Shown here piece by piece: positions 25,495 through 36,893 of a stretch of DNA of 64,000 nt. Location: contig OY740802.1 in the NCBI GenBank assembly GCA_963514005.1, positions 17,732,001 through 17,796,000 of the forward strand, given 5' to 3'. The notes below the pieces were generated by a model. It saw nothing but the letters and a program-made list of their open reading frames with translations, was not told the origin of the DNA and did not search any database. The stretch is from Raja brachyura. Taxonomy: Eukaryota. The translations under genes and the position numbers were made by a program. Numbering within the stretch: the first letter of the stretch is position 1; each line of letters opens with the position of its first letter.

Positions 25495-25617
25495 AAACAA
25501 GAAACTGCAGATGTTTGTACACAAAAGGGCACAACACTTGAGTAACTCAGCGGATCAGGCAGCTTCTCTGGAAAACGTGGACAGGTGATGTTTCAGGTCG
25601 GGTTCCTTTTTCAGGCT
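25495..25617 (-). mobile_element. PLE terminal repeat fragment
   Basis: gaaactgcagatg..gagtaactcagcggatcaggcagc..gatgtttcaggtcgggttcctttttcag. Confidence 0.65.
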
Positions 25618-26394
25618 CATTGGTTTTGAACGAAAGGTTCGATTCTTTGCAATCCAGTGTTTTGTCCTAATAGGATTGTGGGTCTGCCTTCCCTTTCTTG
25701 ACATAATGATTCCAAAAAGAAGGATCCGTTTGCATCTACGCAGATTCTAGTCAGTTGAATGGGACAACTTTGATCCAATTTATTGAGCGATACTGAACCA
25801 CTTCATTCTGGAATACTGCTCCACCTGCTGGATGTGACTGCATAGCAGGACATCAGTTGGTTCTCAAATGCAGGAGGGCAAGCCTGTTCTGGGGCTGCTG
25901 TTGCACAGTTTCTATGACCCAAGATACATAACAAGCCTCAGGTTTAACATTGAGAAGTGGATAATGTATGAAAGTCATAATCTAACATTCAATGAAATAT
26001 GCAATAACCCAATGCTGTTTCAACGGCATCTCATTGTAAACTTGTTCTATGCTTCTCACAAGCTATGTCAAATGAAAACATGCTCATACACTCAGCATAC
26101 ACTCAGCTCCCTCACTTCATGATATCACTCATATTGGAAATAGTCCCATGATTATCATGAGTGAGTCATCCACATTAATGACATGAAAGAATAAAACTAA
26201 TTTCAGTTCAAGATGATTTTTGGGATGAGGTTTGGATTCATGGGTATTAAAGGGTCAGATGTGGAAACTGCAGCTGAATTGATCCTATTCTTCTGAAGCT
26301 CTGTAATTCAGAAATTGTCTGTTTAGACGGGAAATTTAGCTTTGTACCATCAAATCAATCACTAATATTTATGGTGGGAAAGATACGCAATTGA

Positions 26395-27180
26395 TAATTA
26401 ATTGATACAGAACTCGCTTCATGGTAGAGAGCAGGGGGTAGTAATAGAGGCTGTTTTTGGACTGGAGACCTGTGACTGCAGTGTGCCTCAGGTGACTACA
26501 TCAATGATTTGGATGCGCATGATTAGTTAGTTTGCAGATTACACTAAAATACGTGGTATCGCAGACAGTGAAGATGGTTATCAAGAATTAGAGCAGCATT
26601 TTGATCAGCTGAGCATTTAGACTGAGAAATGGCTGATGGAGTTTAATGCAGATAAGGATGAGGTAATACATTTTGGGAAGTAAATCAGGGCAGGAACTTA
26701 ACAGTGAAAGGCAGGGCCACGGGAAGTGTTGAAGAGCAGAGGGATTTAGGAATGTAATACTTAGTTCCCTGAAAATGGCACTGCAGGTAGACAATGGTGA
26801 TAAAGGATTTTGGCTTGTTGACCTTCATCAATCTGAGAATTTAGTATAGAAGTTGGGGCATTATGCTATCTTTGTGCAAAATGCTGGTGAGGCCGCATTT
26901 GGAGTCTTGTGTGGAGTTATACACTAGGGCCTACGTTTAAGGTGAGAGGGGAAAAAATAGGAACTTGAGGGGCAACCATTTTCACACATCGGGTGATGGG
27001 TATATGAAACAAGCTGCCAGATGAAATAGGTGAAGTAGATACAACAGTTAAAGGGCATTTGGGCAGGTACATGGATAGGGAAGGTTTAGGGGGATATGGG
27101 CCAAATGTGAGTAAATAGGAGAAGCTTAGATGGACCATTTGTTCAGCATAGACGAGTTGGGCCAAAGGGCCAGTATGAGT
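26395..27180 (+). mobile_element. CR1 LINE RT-to-3' fragment with internal deletions
   Basis: Remnants of GVPQ, FAD(Y)TKI.G, W.MEFN.DK, LV.PHLE and the gggccaaagggcc tail. Confidence 0.75.
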
Positions 27181-27444
27181 CTGATTTTATGTCAGAGTAA
27201 CAGGATGTGGAGAACTTTGAACTGCTTAGGGTTAGAACATGTAGGATTTGTAAAGATGGGGCAATGCTTATAGACTTTGACTGAATTTTCTTGAGGAATT
27301 TAAAGCTGTGGATGGAACAGTTTATGTAGGCGTAGTTCAGACAAACTTTTAGAAGACTTTCCAAAAGATTTTACTTTGGAAATTTTAGATAAAAAAACAC
27401 ATGGATCTAAAGGTAGATTGTTGATGTTTTATGCAATTGAAAGC

Positions 27445-27730
27445 AATAACAATAACAATGTTATTGATGTAGCAAACTGTAATGTTGTTAAATAATGTAA
27501 GGTGCATTACAGGAGCGGTTGTAAATGAAATTTGACAGTGCCTGATACTGAGATATTCATCTAAAGGCTTTGTAAAAGAAGTAGGCTTTCATGAGAGGCT
27601 TAAAGAAGGAGTGACAATAAGACAGCTTCAAGGAAGGAACATCATAGCTTAGAGCCTGTAAATTTAAAGATATAACCAATCAGTGTTGATGTGAAGATGG
27701 AGGAGTGAAGAGATTCAAAAGTTTGTAGAG
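27445..27730 (-). mobile_element. L2 LINE 3' end (old)
   Basis: (aac)n-like tail and aaggtgcattacaggagc..aaatttgaca..aaagaagtaggcttt resemble the recalled elasmobranch L2 3' end. Confidence 0.5.
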
Positions 27731-27997
27731 CCTAGAATTTTGAGATATATGTCCAGACCAGCAGATGCTTTGGTTAAATGATTGAATGACAAAACAAACT
27801 CAAGGGGTTAAATGAATATGCCTGACTCTATTGACCTGTGAGTAATTTTATGTGAAGATTAACTTTCTGATATCATTTTAAAATTTGTTTTGAGTTTCAA
27901 TTCATATCCTCTTTTCATATTCACAAAATTTTATTTGAAATAGTTTTCTGAATCTACTTTCCCAGCCGTGAAATTTTGTTCAAGGCAATGAATCCTA

Positions 27998-28095
27998 GGT
28001 CTGAAGAAGCGTCTTCAGAAATGTCACCCGTTCCTTCTCTCAAGAGGTGCTGCATGTCCTGCTGAGTTACTCCAGCTTCTTGTGCCTATCTTCGA
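27998..28095 (+). mobile_element. PLE terminal repeat fragment starting at a degenerate hammerhead core
   Basis: gtctgaagaagcgtcttcagaaatgtcacccgttcc..gagttactccagc. Confidence 0.7.
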
Positions 28096-28694
28096 TGTAT
28101 CCCAGGGTGTGTTTAGCGCTCTGACATAGGTTATAATACAATTTCATCCTCCTATTATTTTCGTACTAATGCATTGCCATCATGCATTTATATGATTATT
28201 TTTAATCTCTTAAAAGGCAAGAGGTTTGTCCTCGGCCATTAAACATGCGATACAATAAGGTGTCACTGTTGTGCATTAAAGTCAATGGAAGCAAGTTGTA
28301 AAAGGAGAACATAATGTGTATATGCGACAACATCGTGAATTGACCAAGTACAGTGGAGGACAAACCTCTCCCCCATTCAATGTCTTGAAAGTCACACAAT
28401 GAAAAATTAAGTTAAAAATAACTTCCACCATTCCACATGCCCTTCATTAGAAATGCATCATCTTTCAAATGTCATTTATCATTACTAATTTCTCTGTTAC
28501 CTGGTGCTAAAGAATTCCAAGCCTACTGTTGCATCAAGGTTATTTTACTGATTTGAGTTTGTATCTTTTGATCATCACTATCACCCATTGTGTACATGTG
28601 AAAATGTTTATGTACTTATCTTGAAAATACCTTATTTATAACGGTGGCTCCCTCTCTGCCATTATTGACAAGGTTCTCAAATCCATCTCTTCTA

Positions 28695-29385
28695 TGAATG
28701 AATGAATGAATGAATAGCCTTTATTGTCATTCAGACCTTTCGGTCTGAACGAAATTTCGTGCCTGCAGTCATACATATATAAAAATAACAAAACCACACG
28801 ATAAACACAAAATTAACATCCACCACAATGAGTTCACCAAACACCTCCTCACTGTGGTGGAAGGCAAAAGTCATTAGAGTCTCTGTCTTCTTCCCTCCTT
28901 ATTCTCCCTCTGCGCTGAGGAGATCCAGGCCTCCGATGCTGCCGTCCACCAGGCACGCGGCCGATAATCCGAAACCGGGCCGCCGCCACCGCCGTCGCCG
29001 GAACGCCGGAACACCGCCACAGGGCCCGCTGCCGGAACGTCGCTGGAGCACCGCATCCCCGAAGCCAGGTCGCCGCTGGAGCACTGCAGCTCAGAGGGAG
29101 CCAGGTCGCCGCTGAAGCTCCGAAGCCGTGCCGCCGCCGCTGGAAGCTAGAGGCCACCAGCTCCGCCATTAGGGCCTCAGCACAGACGACAAGAAAAGTC
29201 GCATCCCCCCCGAAGGGAGAGACTAAAACCCAGTTTCTCCCACCCTCCCCTCCCCCCCCCCCACACATACATAACCTAACAAACCAAAAATAATTGCTAA
29301 AAACAGGCACGAAGACAAAAATAAAATAAAAGACAGACGGACTGCAGGTGAGCCGCAGCTGCCATGCAGCGCCGCCACTTCCGCC
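28695..29385 (-). mobile_element. Non-coding retroelement with Rex-Babar-type 3' tail, copy 1
   Basis: (ttca)n tail, aataaa, TTCAGACC-GAAA-GGTCTGAA hairpin, ccaccacagtgag..ctcattgtggtgg inverted repeat, GC-rich repeats; same layout as 61194-61927. Confidence 0.6.
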
Positions 29386-29394
29386 ACTTCCACT

Positions 29395-30355
29395 TCCATT
29401 TCCCACACTTCCAGTTGCAATCTCTCCCCTCCTAAGTGGAGGAAGGATAGCTTCCCCATGTCCTTATCTTCTACCCCATCAGCCTCCACAATTTGATGGA
29501 TCATCCTCTATAATTTCTGCCACATCAATGTTAGTCCACCACCAGATGCACCTTCTCTTCCTGCCCCCTTTCAGCATTTCAAAGGGACTGTTCCCTCCAC
29601 AACTCAATGGCATACCCCATGCAAATCCATGCAATGTAAAAATTTACACTTACACCCTATAGCACTTCCCTTCCAAAAAACCAGGGGGCCAAATCACACT
29701 TTTCAATTAAACAAATATTCACTTACAGTTTTTCTAATTTGGCATTTTGATTTGGTGCCAATGAAAGAAACTCCTCTGCACAGGCAAAAATAAACACCAA
29801 TCGGGTGTCCACTTCACAAAACAACACTATTTGCTCTACTAGAGGCATTATGAGTTTGCAGTTGCCTGTCACTTTATTTTTCAGTTCTTCTCCTGCTCAC
29901 TGGTCTCTGCCTTTATCCTGTTATATTACTCCAATAGCGCCCAGTGTAAGTCCAAAGAACCGTGCCTCTTCTTCGGCTTGGACATTTTTCATACCATCAG
30001 ATTTAATATTGAAATTAATAATTTCAGATAAACTCCTTTTTGTCTTTCTCTTCCTCTCACCCTCACACCATCACTCTCTCTCATTCAATACAAAGGTGGC
30101 TACATAATTCTTCAGCATTTCATCTTTTGAAATGCTGTTTGTTTTAAAGTAATTGTGACCAGAACATCATTGATCAGCACTTCATCACATTTCCATCACC
30201 CCCTTCCACTCTCTGCATTTTAAAGACATGCTTATTTTCACACTTTTCCAGTTTTGATGAATGTTCCTTGCCCTGAAACATCAGTTCTGCTTTTCCTCCC
30301 CGCTGATGCTCTCTGACCTGCCAAGAGCTCGCAACATGTTCTGTCCTTGTTTTGC
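29395..30355 (+). mobile_element. Old decayed PLE including the GIY-YIG region
   Basis: Degenerate FT..SN...LL..G..K...G..F segment near 29720-29825 and terminal repeat remnant ttttgatgaatgttccttgccctgaaacatc. Confidence 0.5.
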
Positions 30356-32094
30356 ATTTTTATCAAATTGCAGAGCCTGTATGAAAAAATGTTTGCTTAA
30401 TGAAGAGGAAGAACCAGACTGAAAAATTATTAGACCAACTAAAATTTCTCATGCCTGTTTAATTTTTCTGAATTGTTTGCCATTTGCTTGAACAAACAGC
30501 AAAATGGGATCTACAGGACACCTGGGATCTGTTTGATCAGAGACAGCAATTGTCTATTTCTCTTGCAGATTAATTGATATATAGAAGGGTATAAAAACAG
30601 AAAGCTGGAGCTGGAGGTGGCCATTCGGGCCTTTAAGCTGGCTATTTGTATATCCATGTCTATTATTGTATCTCAATATATTACTGCTCTCTCTCATGCC
30701 AGTAACAACTGGAAACATATCCATTTCCTTCTTAAGAATATTGGTCTCTACAGCCCTCTGTAGCAGAGAACGTCATTGATTCAGTCTGGGTGAAGAAGCT
30801 TTCCTCATGACAGTTTTCAGTCTCTTGCCCTGAGACTGTGAGTTCCAACCAGGGAGAAAAAAAAAACTTCCACTCTCCACTCTGTCTAACCTTCCCATAA
30901 TTCATCACGTTGCAAGTAGATCGCCACTCATTTTACTATGGTGGAATAAATGCACACCTAATTGCTGTAATCATTCCTCATAGCAGTTCTACCATCCCAG
31001 GAATTACATCATAATTGAACAGAGCAGGACCTAACCAAGAAACATGTGTACCCATTCCTTCAATGTATTCATCCCTTCAAGCCTTCTCTGCCATTCAACA
31101 AAATCATGGTTAATGTCACCTCAACTATTATTGTTATTCTTCAATCACTTTATATCCCAAAATCGATCAGCATCTGCCTTGAATATATTCCAAATGGTGT
31201 AGGGCATCCTGAAATTTACAGTTCTGCGATTTACAAATTTTCTTCTCCATTTTGTCCTAACTGATTACCTCTGATTTTGATGGTGTAACAACTAGTTCCA
31301 CATTCTCCACAGGAGGAAACATCCTACCAACATTTGCTTTGGAAAGTCTCTGAAGAGTTATGTATACTTCAATATTTATTTTTTTAAACAGGAAATATAA
31401 ACCTGGTCCTTTCAAACTCTTCTCAAATGGAAATCTTTAATTCTGGAATTCCAAGTGAAATTTTGGCTTTACTACGATAAGCACAATGTAATACTAACAC
31501 AATAGTACTATAGATGTGAGCTCATTGATGCAGTGGGATTTTTAATGGGAAGATTCAATGTTTGTTGCTCTTTTGTTTAAAGTATTCAAGATGCAATATC
31601 AACTCACTTCCTTTGATTAATTCCATCAAAGACATCTTTAATTCTAAAGTTATTGTCAATTTATCTTGTTTGCCTCAATGTAATTAGGTTAATGTTTGCT
31701 TTTCTGAATAGAACATTTATAGCAGATTAATAAATTCTGCATCAGGTCAGACCCAGGAAGCTAACTAATGGGAGGGAAAGAAAGACTGGATTCACACTAG
31801 ATAAACAATGCAGAAGGAAAAAGGCAAGAAATATGTTTTAATACCTTTCAGGTAAAGAATATCCAACAAATCCAAAAGGTGAAAGAATAATATGGAACAA
31901 TTAATTTTACTTCGGAGTCACGTGAGTGACTACGTGAAGAACCCTGTACGGCCATTGGTGCGTCATTACATCGGACGCTTTGGTGCAGTCGGCCGGTCAC
32001 TCCTCCCAAGCGGTAAGTTTAAAACTGGAGGTAAGGTTTAAACTTTTTTCAGTCTTCATTTTCTGTAACAGCGGTTGGTGTTGCTTCATTAGTA

Positions 32095-33166
32095 ATGTTG
32101 CAGAAGGTGAAAAAGGTGGCGGCGAGGCGCTCCGGAGGGAGAAAGGTCGATGACCAGGAGAGTATTGTGAGTGGAGGGCCGTCTAGCACACCTAGTCCGA
32201 TGTCGGCTATAGAGCAAGCGATAGCGGACCCACTGCCTATGAACAGTGTGGGCATGCCAGTAAGGTGTAAGGCCACTAGGAAGTCAGTTAGGGCCGTTGA
32301 CCCAGAGTCGGGCATGGAGGCTGTAGCCTCTACTGGAGAGACCGTTTGCACACGACTCTCCCAAGTCGAGATTCTATTGCAGAGAATGCTCGACAGGGTC
32401 CAACTCCGTGAGGAAGAGTGGTGCCCAAGCCAGGCTATGGGAGAGCCTGTGCTCGCAGCCTCTTTTACAGGGCTGCCAGAATATCCTGCCTATGAGGAGG
32501 AAACTCAAACGGTGCAGTTTGCTGACATCAAATCAGTGGTGGGAGAGAGCAATAAGGGTGTACAATTAGAAATCATCCCTAACATTGCAGAAAAGTTTGC
32601 TGTGCCTAGAGAGGCAGGAGAGCCAATTGGGGAAGAGTTGGCTACAGCAATACAGTACATGCCCTCCCACCAACTACAGGAGGCGGCCAAGAAATATGAA
32701 GCTCCTATAAATTGTGGCTTACTCTAGGTGCCGATGGTCAACCATCAGATTTGGACACAGTTGCAGGTGTCAGCCAGAGCTCAGGAAATTACGATTCAGA
32801 AGGTGCTCAGATTATTTTCGGCAGGGCTTACAGCTTTTGTGAAGATAGTGGATACAATCATATGTCTGAAGCCCATCAGGATGCACTGGGACTGCTTTGT
32901 AGTGCGTTTTCGAAATTAATAACATTAGAAGAGCAACTATAAGGCCGGTTATAAATCCCAATCTGGCGGCTTTGTGCAAGCCGCCCAGCGTACCGTCACC
33001 CAATCTGTTATTTGGAGTTGATCTCGCTAAGCGAGTTAAAGAATGCCATGAGGATGCAAAAACTATGGGCCTCATTAAGCCAGTTGGAAAACAGCGGAAG
33101 AGGTTTTATCCTTACCGACGGGGCACCAGTTCGGATGCAGGGGAAGGAACAGTATTGAAAGGGTAA
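32095..33166 (+). pseudogene. DIRS-A gag-like ORF1 (stop at 32725-32727, frameshift)
   Basis: Homologous to ORF1 of DIRS-B (KATRKSVRAVDPESG; P.VN..IW; LCK....LFG.DLAK.V.E). Confidence 0.8.
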
Positions 33167-33214
33167 AAATTGAATCTTACTCTAATGAGAGTCTACCTAA
33201 TCAACATGTTCCAA

Positions 33215-34747
33215 GTCAGATTTTCAGATGAAGAAAATGTGCTCATACAAGCAGAAATAAATACAATACACAAGAAAGGGGTAATTGAGAAGTCAGTCTA
33301 TCAAAGTTGTCAGTTTGTGTCAAGTAATTTTCCAAGGTCTAAAAAGATTGGGTTTGAAGATTTTGAACAAATTTGTTTGCTATAGGCATTTCAAAATGGA
33401 AACTTTTTCCACGGCCAAACATCTTGTTTCCAAAGGGTGTTATATGGCAAGCATTGATTTAAAGGATGCATATCACTCAGTGTCTATTCATGGTGATGAT
33501 AGGAGATATTTGAAATTTATCTGGATGACTCAGTTGTGGCAATTCAAAGCACTGCCTAATGGATTAACTTCAGCTCCTAGAGTATTTACTAAATTGTTAA
33601 AACCTGTGTAGCATTACTCAGAGCTCAGGGGTATGCAGCAATGGTCTATTTAGACAATATTTTAATTGTTGGAAAGACTCATGCTGAAGCTGAGTCATCT
33701 GTCTCAATTGTTAAATTCACTTTTGAACAATTAGGGTTTGTCATTCATCCAGATAAATCCAAATCATCACCAGTTCAAATCATTGATTATTTGGGATTTA
33801 CCATCAATTCAAATCACATGTTGGTAACTTTGCCTAGGGACAAATTGCAACAGTTAATTGAGGACTGTGTTAATCTCCTTAGAGAACAACCACCTTCAAT
33901 TAGACAAGTAGCCAGTTTAATTGGTAAATTGGTAAATTGGTGTCTGCTTTTCCAGCTGTGCAGTATGGTCCTCTGCATTATCAACAATTACAATGATCAA
34001 ATGAACAGGCACTGAAAATACAAGTGGGCCATGTTGACAGGCCTATGCAATTGTCAGTTGGGGCAATTGCCAACATACAATGGTGGATTGTAAATGTTTC
34101 AAAAAGGTTTAGGAAGGTTTTCGTGGAACCACCTTCAATGATATTACAGACTGATGTAAGTGCACTGGGTTGCGGTGCAACAGATATGTCTTCCAGTTGT
34201 GGAGGCAGATGGAATACTGATGAGACATCCCTTCTTCAATTAAGAGGGATCAATTATTTAGAGTTGTTGCGAACCTGGTATGGGCTTAAAGCTTATTGCT
34301 CTACCAGGAGGGACTTGCATGTGCAGGTTCAGATTGACAACACCACAGCAGTGGCATATGTAAACCACATGGGTGGAGTCAAGTCACAGTCTTGTGATAG
34401 ACTGGCTGACCAGATTTGGAGCTGGTGCATTGACCAAAATATCTGGCTTTCAGCAATATATTTGCCAGGTAGATTCAACTGTAGCTGATACTAGGTTACG
34501 CCAGTTCAATGATAACATAGAATGGATGTTAAATCAGGACGTATTTAATCAAGTGATTGCTCAGTATGGAATGCCAGATATTGACTTGTTTGCATCTAGA
34601 TTAAACCATCAGTTGTCCAGATATGTTTCATGGGAACCAGATCCTGGTGCAGCAGCGGTGGATGCTTTCTCGCTGCATTGGGGTGGAATGTTTGTATATG
34701 CATTTCCTCCATTCTGTCTCATCAGTAGATGCTTGCAAATGATCAAT
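33215..34747 (+). pseudogene. DIRS-A RT - RNase H - methyltransferase-like ORF (disrupted)
   Basis: HFKMET, SIDLKDAY, ALPNGLTSAPRVFTKLLKP, YLDN (YLDD mutated), QTDVS, NYLEL, IDNTTAVAYVNHMGG, DLFASRLNHQL, YAFPPF. Confidence 0.92.
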
Positions 34748-35560
34748 TCTGTCTACAGCAGAAGATCTTATATCAAACTGCAGGCATCCCAGATGTATTG
34801 GAGTTCTTGTCCACTCTTTATTTTGATCAAAAATTAAGTTACAGTGCGATCAATACAGCCAGAAGTGCTTTGTCTTCTTATTTACCCATGAATTCAGAGT
34901 TCCATTCAGTAGGGACACTACCTTCTCAATTTATGAAGGGAGTTTTCAATTCTAATCCTCCGAAACCCAGGTATGCCGGTATTTGGAATGTGAGTGAAGT
35001 TCTTATGCTTCTTCGCCAATGGGCTCCTGTTGCAAGCCTATCTCTAGCCAAATTAATCATGAAGGTGGTCATGCTTATGGCGTTGGTTTCAGCCCAACGT
35101 GTGCAAACATTGCAAAAGCTTTGGCTAGACAGAATGCATGTGTCGGCAGATGCCATTATATTTTATGTCTATGATTTGCTTATACATAGTAGAATAGGCA
35201 TGACAGGATGTAAGATTGTGTTTTCAGCATACCCCACAGATGATCACCTGTGTGTAGTTTCACACTTATCTCGTTACATTGAGGCCACCAGAGCCCTAAG
35301 AGGAACAGAGACTGCTTTATTTATTAGCCACAAAAAAACACACGGTAAGGTGTCGTTGTCGGTGCAAACAATCTCAAAGTGGCTAAAGCAGGTTCTGGGG
35401 AGTGCTGGGATTGATACTGATAAATTCAAATCTGATTCCACCAGGGCGGCATCAACTTCTGCGGCAAGGGCGATGGACATGCCTATAGACCATATCCTCG
35501 CGGCCGCAAGATGAGCTGACCTTTCAAAGGTTTTATCACAAGCCGATTTCAAGGCTGGGG
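34747..35560 (+). pseudogene. DIRS-A tyrosine recombinase (inactivated)
   Basis: LSYSAINTARSALS, SAQRVQTL, SDSTRAASTS (catalytic His replaced by Asp), stop at the AGW position (35512-35514), out-of-frame FQRFYHKP. Confidence 0.9.
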
Positions 35561-36175
35561 GTGTTTGCTGATTCTGATTTGAGTTCTGTTATAGTTTCCC
35601 CCTGAGTTAGAGGGGTTTGTTATGGTTTTGTTTGTAAATAAACTGTTATTCATTTAACAAATGTTATTATTGATGCATTATTGATTGTTAACGGCTTTTG
35701 AGTCAATCGATGCAGTGTAAACGCCGAATTTGGGTCTGCGGCATGAAATCACAGTGCTTTGAAGTCTTCACGTAGTCACTCACGTGACTCCGAAGTAAAA
35801 TAGTAAGATTAAACGAGATCTTACCAGTTTGAAGTTTGATCTTTATTTTATGAGGAGTTGTGATGAGGGAGTATGTGCCCTCCGCTCCCAGCCCTCATAG
35901 ATCTCATCTGGTAGTTCTAGTCTTTGTTATCTTACCATTATACTTCAGTCATTGTTACCAGTGATTTCACTCCGCTGCTTTGAAGATTGACGCACCAACG
36001 GCAGTACGGGGTTCTTCACGTAGGCCCTCATCGCAACTCCTCATAAAATAAAGATTAAACTTCAAACCGGTAAGTTCTCATTTAATCTTACTATTTTCGC
36101 CCATTTATTTAGGGGGATGGCTGAATAATCTGGTGAGTTTAGTTCATATCTAACAGACAAGTTCATGAATTATAT

Positions 36176-36254
36176 CGACCCGAAACGTCGCCTATCTCCT
36201 TCGCCCCTTAGATGCTGCTGCACTCGCTGAGTTTCTCCAGCTTTTTGTGTAACC
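36176..36254 (+). mobile_element. Short PLE insertion with 12-bp target-site duplication
   Basis: catgaattatat at 36164-36175 and 36255-36266; the insert begins inside hammerhead stem II (cgacccgaaacgtc). Confidence 0.8.
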
Positions 36255-36534
36255 CATGAATTATATTTGATGTCCTTTGGTGGTGAATGAGAATGCAAAG
36301 CCATAGTTTATATGAATCTAACATAGGGTTGACAAGTTCTATAATGGTACATTGCACATTTCCACAACAAACTATGCAGTTGCCCTCTTCTGAACCTGCT
36401 GGGTGACATGCTTAAATTATTAATGTTGACGGCTGTTCACTCATCACCTCGCTAAAACGTGGAGCACAATGCCAATGTCACACATGTGATGATGATGCAG
36501 TTTGTCATAATATACGCAACACATTTTGGGTTTA

Positions 36535-36893
36535 TGGAGATAAAAATTAACTCAAGCATCTTCCCCACCACCAATGTAAGGCGAACTGATCCATAATTCC
36601 CCATTTTCTCTCTTCCTCCTTTCTTAAAAAGTGGGGTTACATTTGCTACCCTCAAGTCCACAGGAACTGATCCAGAGTCTATGGAACATTGGAAAATGAT
36701 TACCAATGCATCCATGATTTCTAGGACCACCCCCTTCAGTACTATAGGATGAAGACCATCAGGCCCTGAGGATTTATCTGCCTTCAGTCCCAACAGTTTA
36801 CCTAACACCATTTCTTGACTAATGTGGATTCCCTTCAGTTCTTCCCTCCCACTAGATCCTCAGTCCCCCAGTATTTTTGGGAGATTGTTTGTG
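36535..36893 (-). mobile_element. CR1 LINE ORF2 internal fragment
   Basis: LKADKSSGPDGLHPIVLK..ANVTPLFKKG..GNY..LTLVVGKMLE. Confidence 0.88.

Larger units (their letters stand above)
31905..36093 (+). mobile_element. DIRS1-type tyrosine-recombinase retrotransposon (DIRS-A), termini complete, ORFs decayed
   Basis: gag, RT/RNase H/MT and YR remnants; ITRs 31930-31965 vs 35988-36023 (33/36); internal complementary region (ICR) 35765-35869 matches the left end (36/36) and the right end (64/69). Confidence 0.95.
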
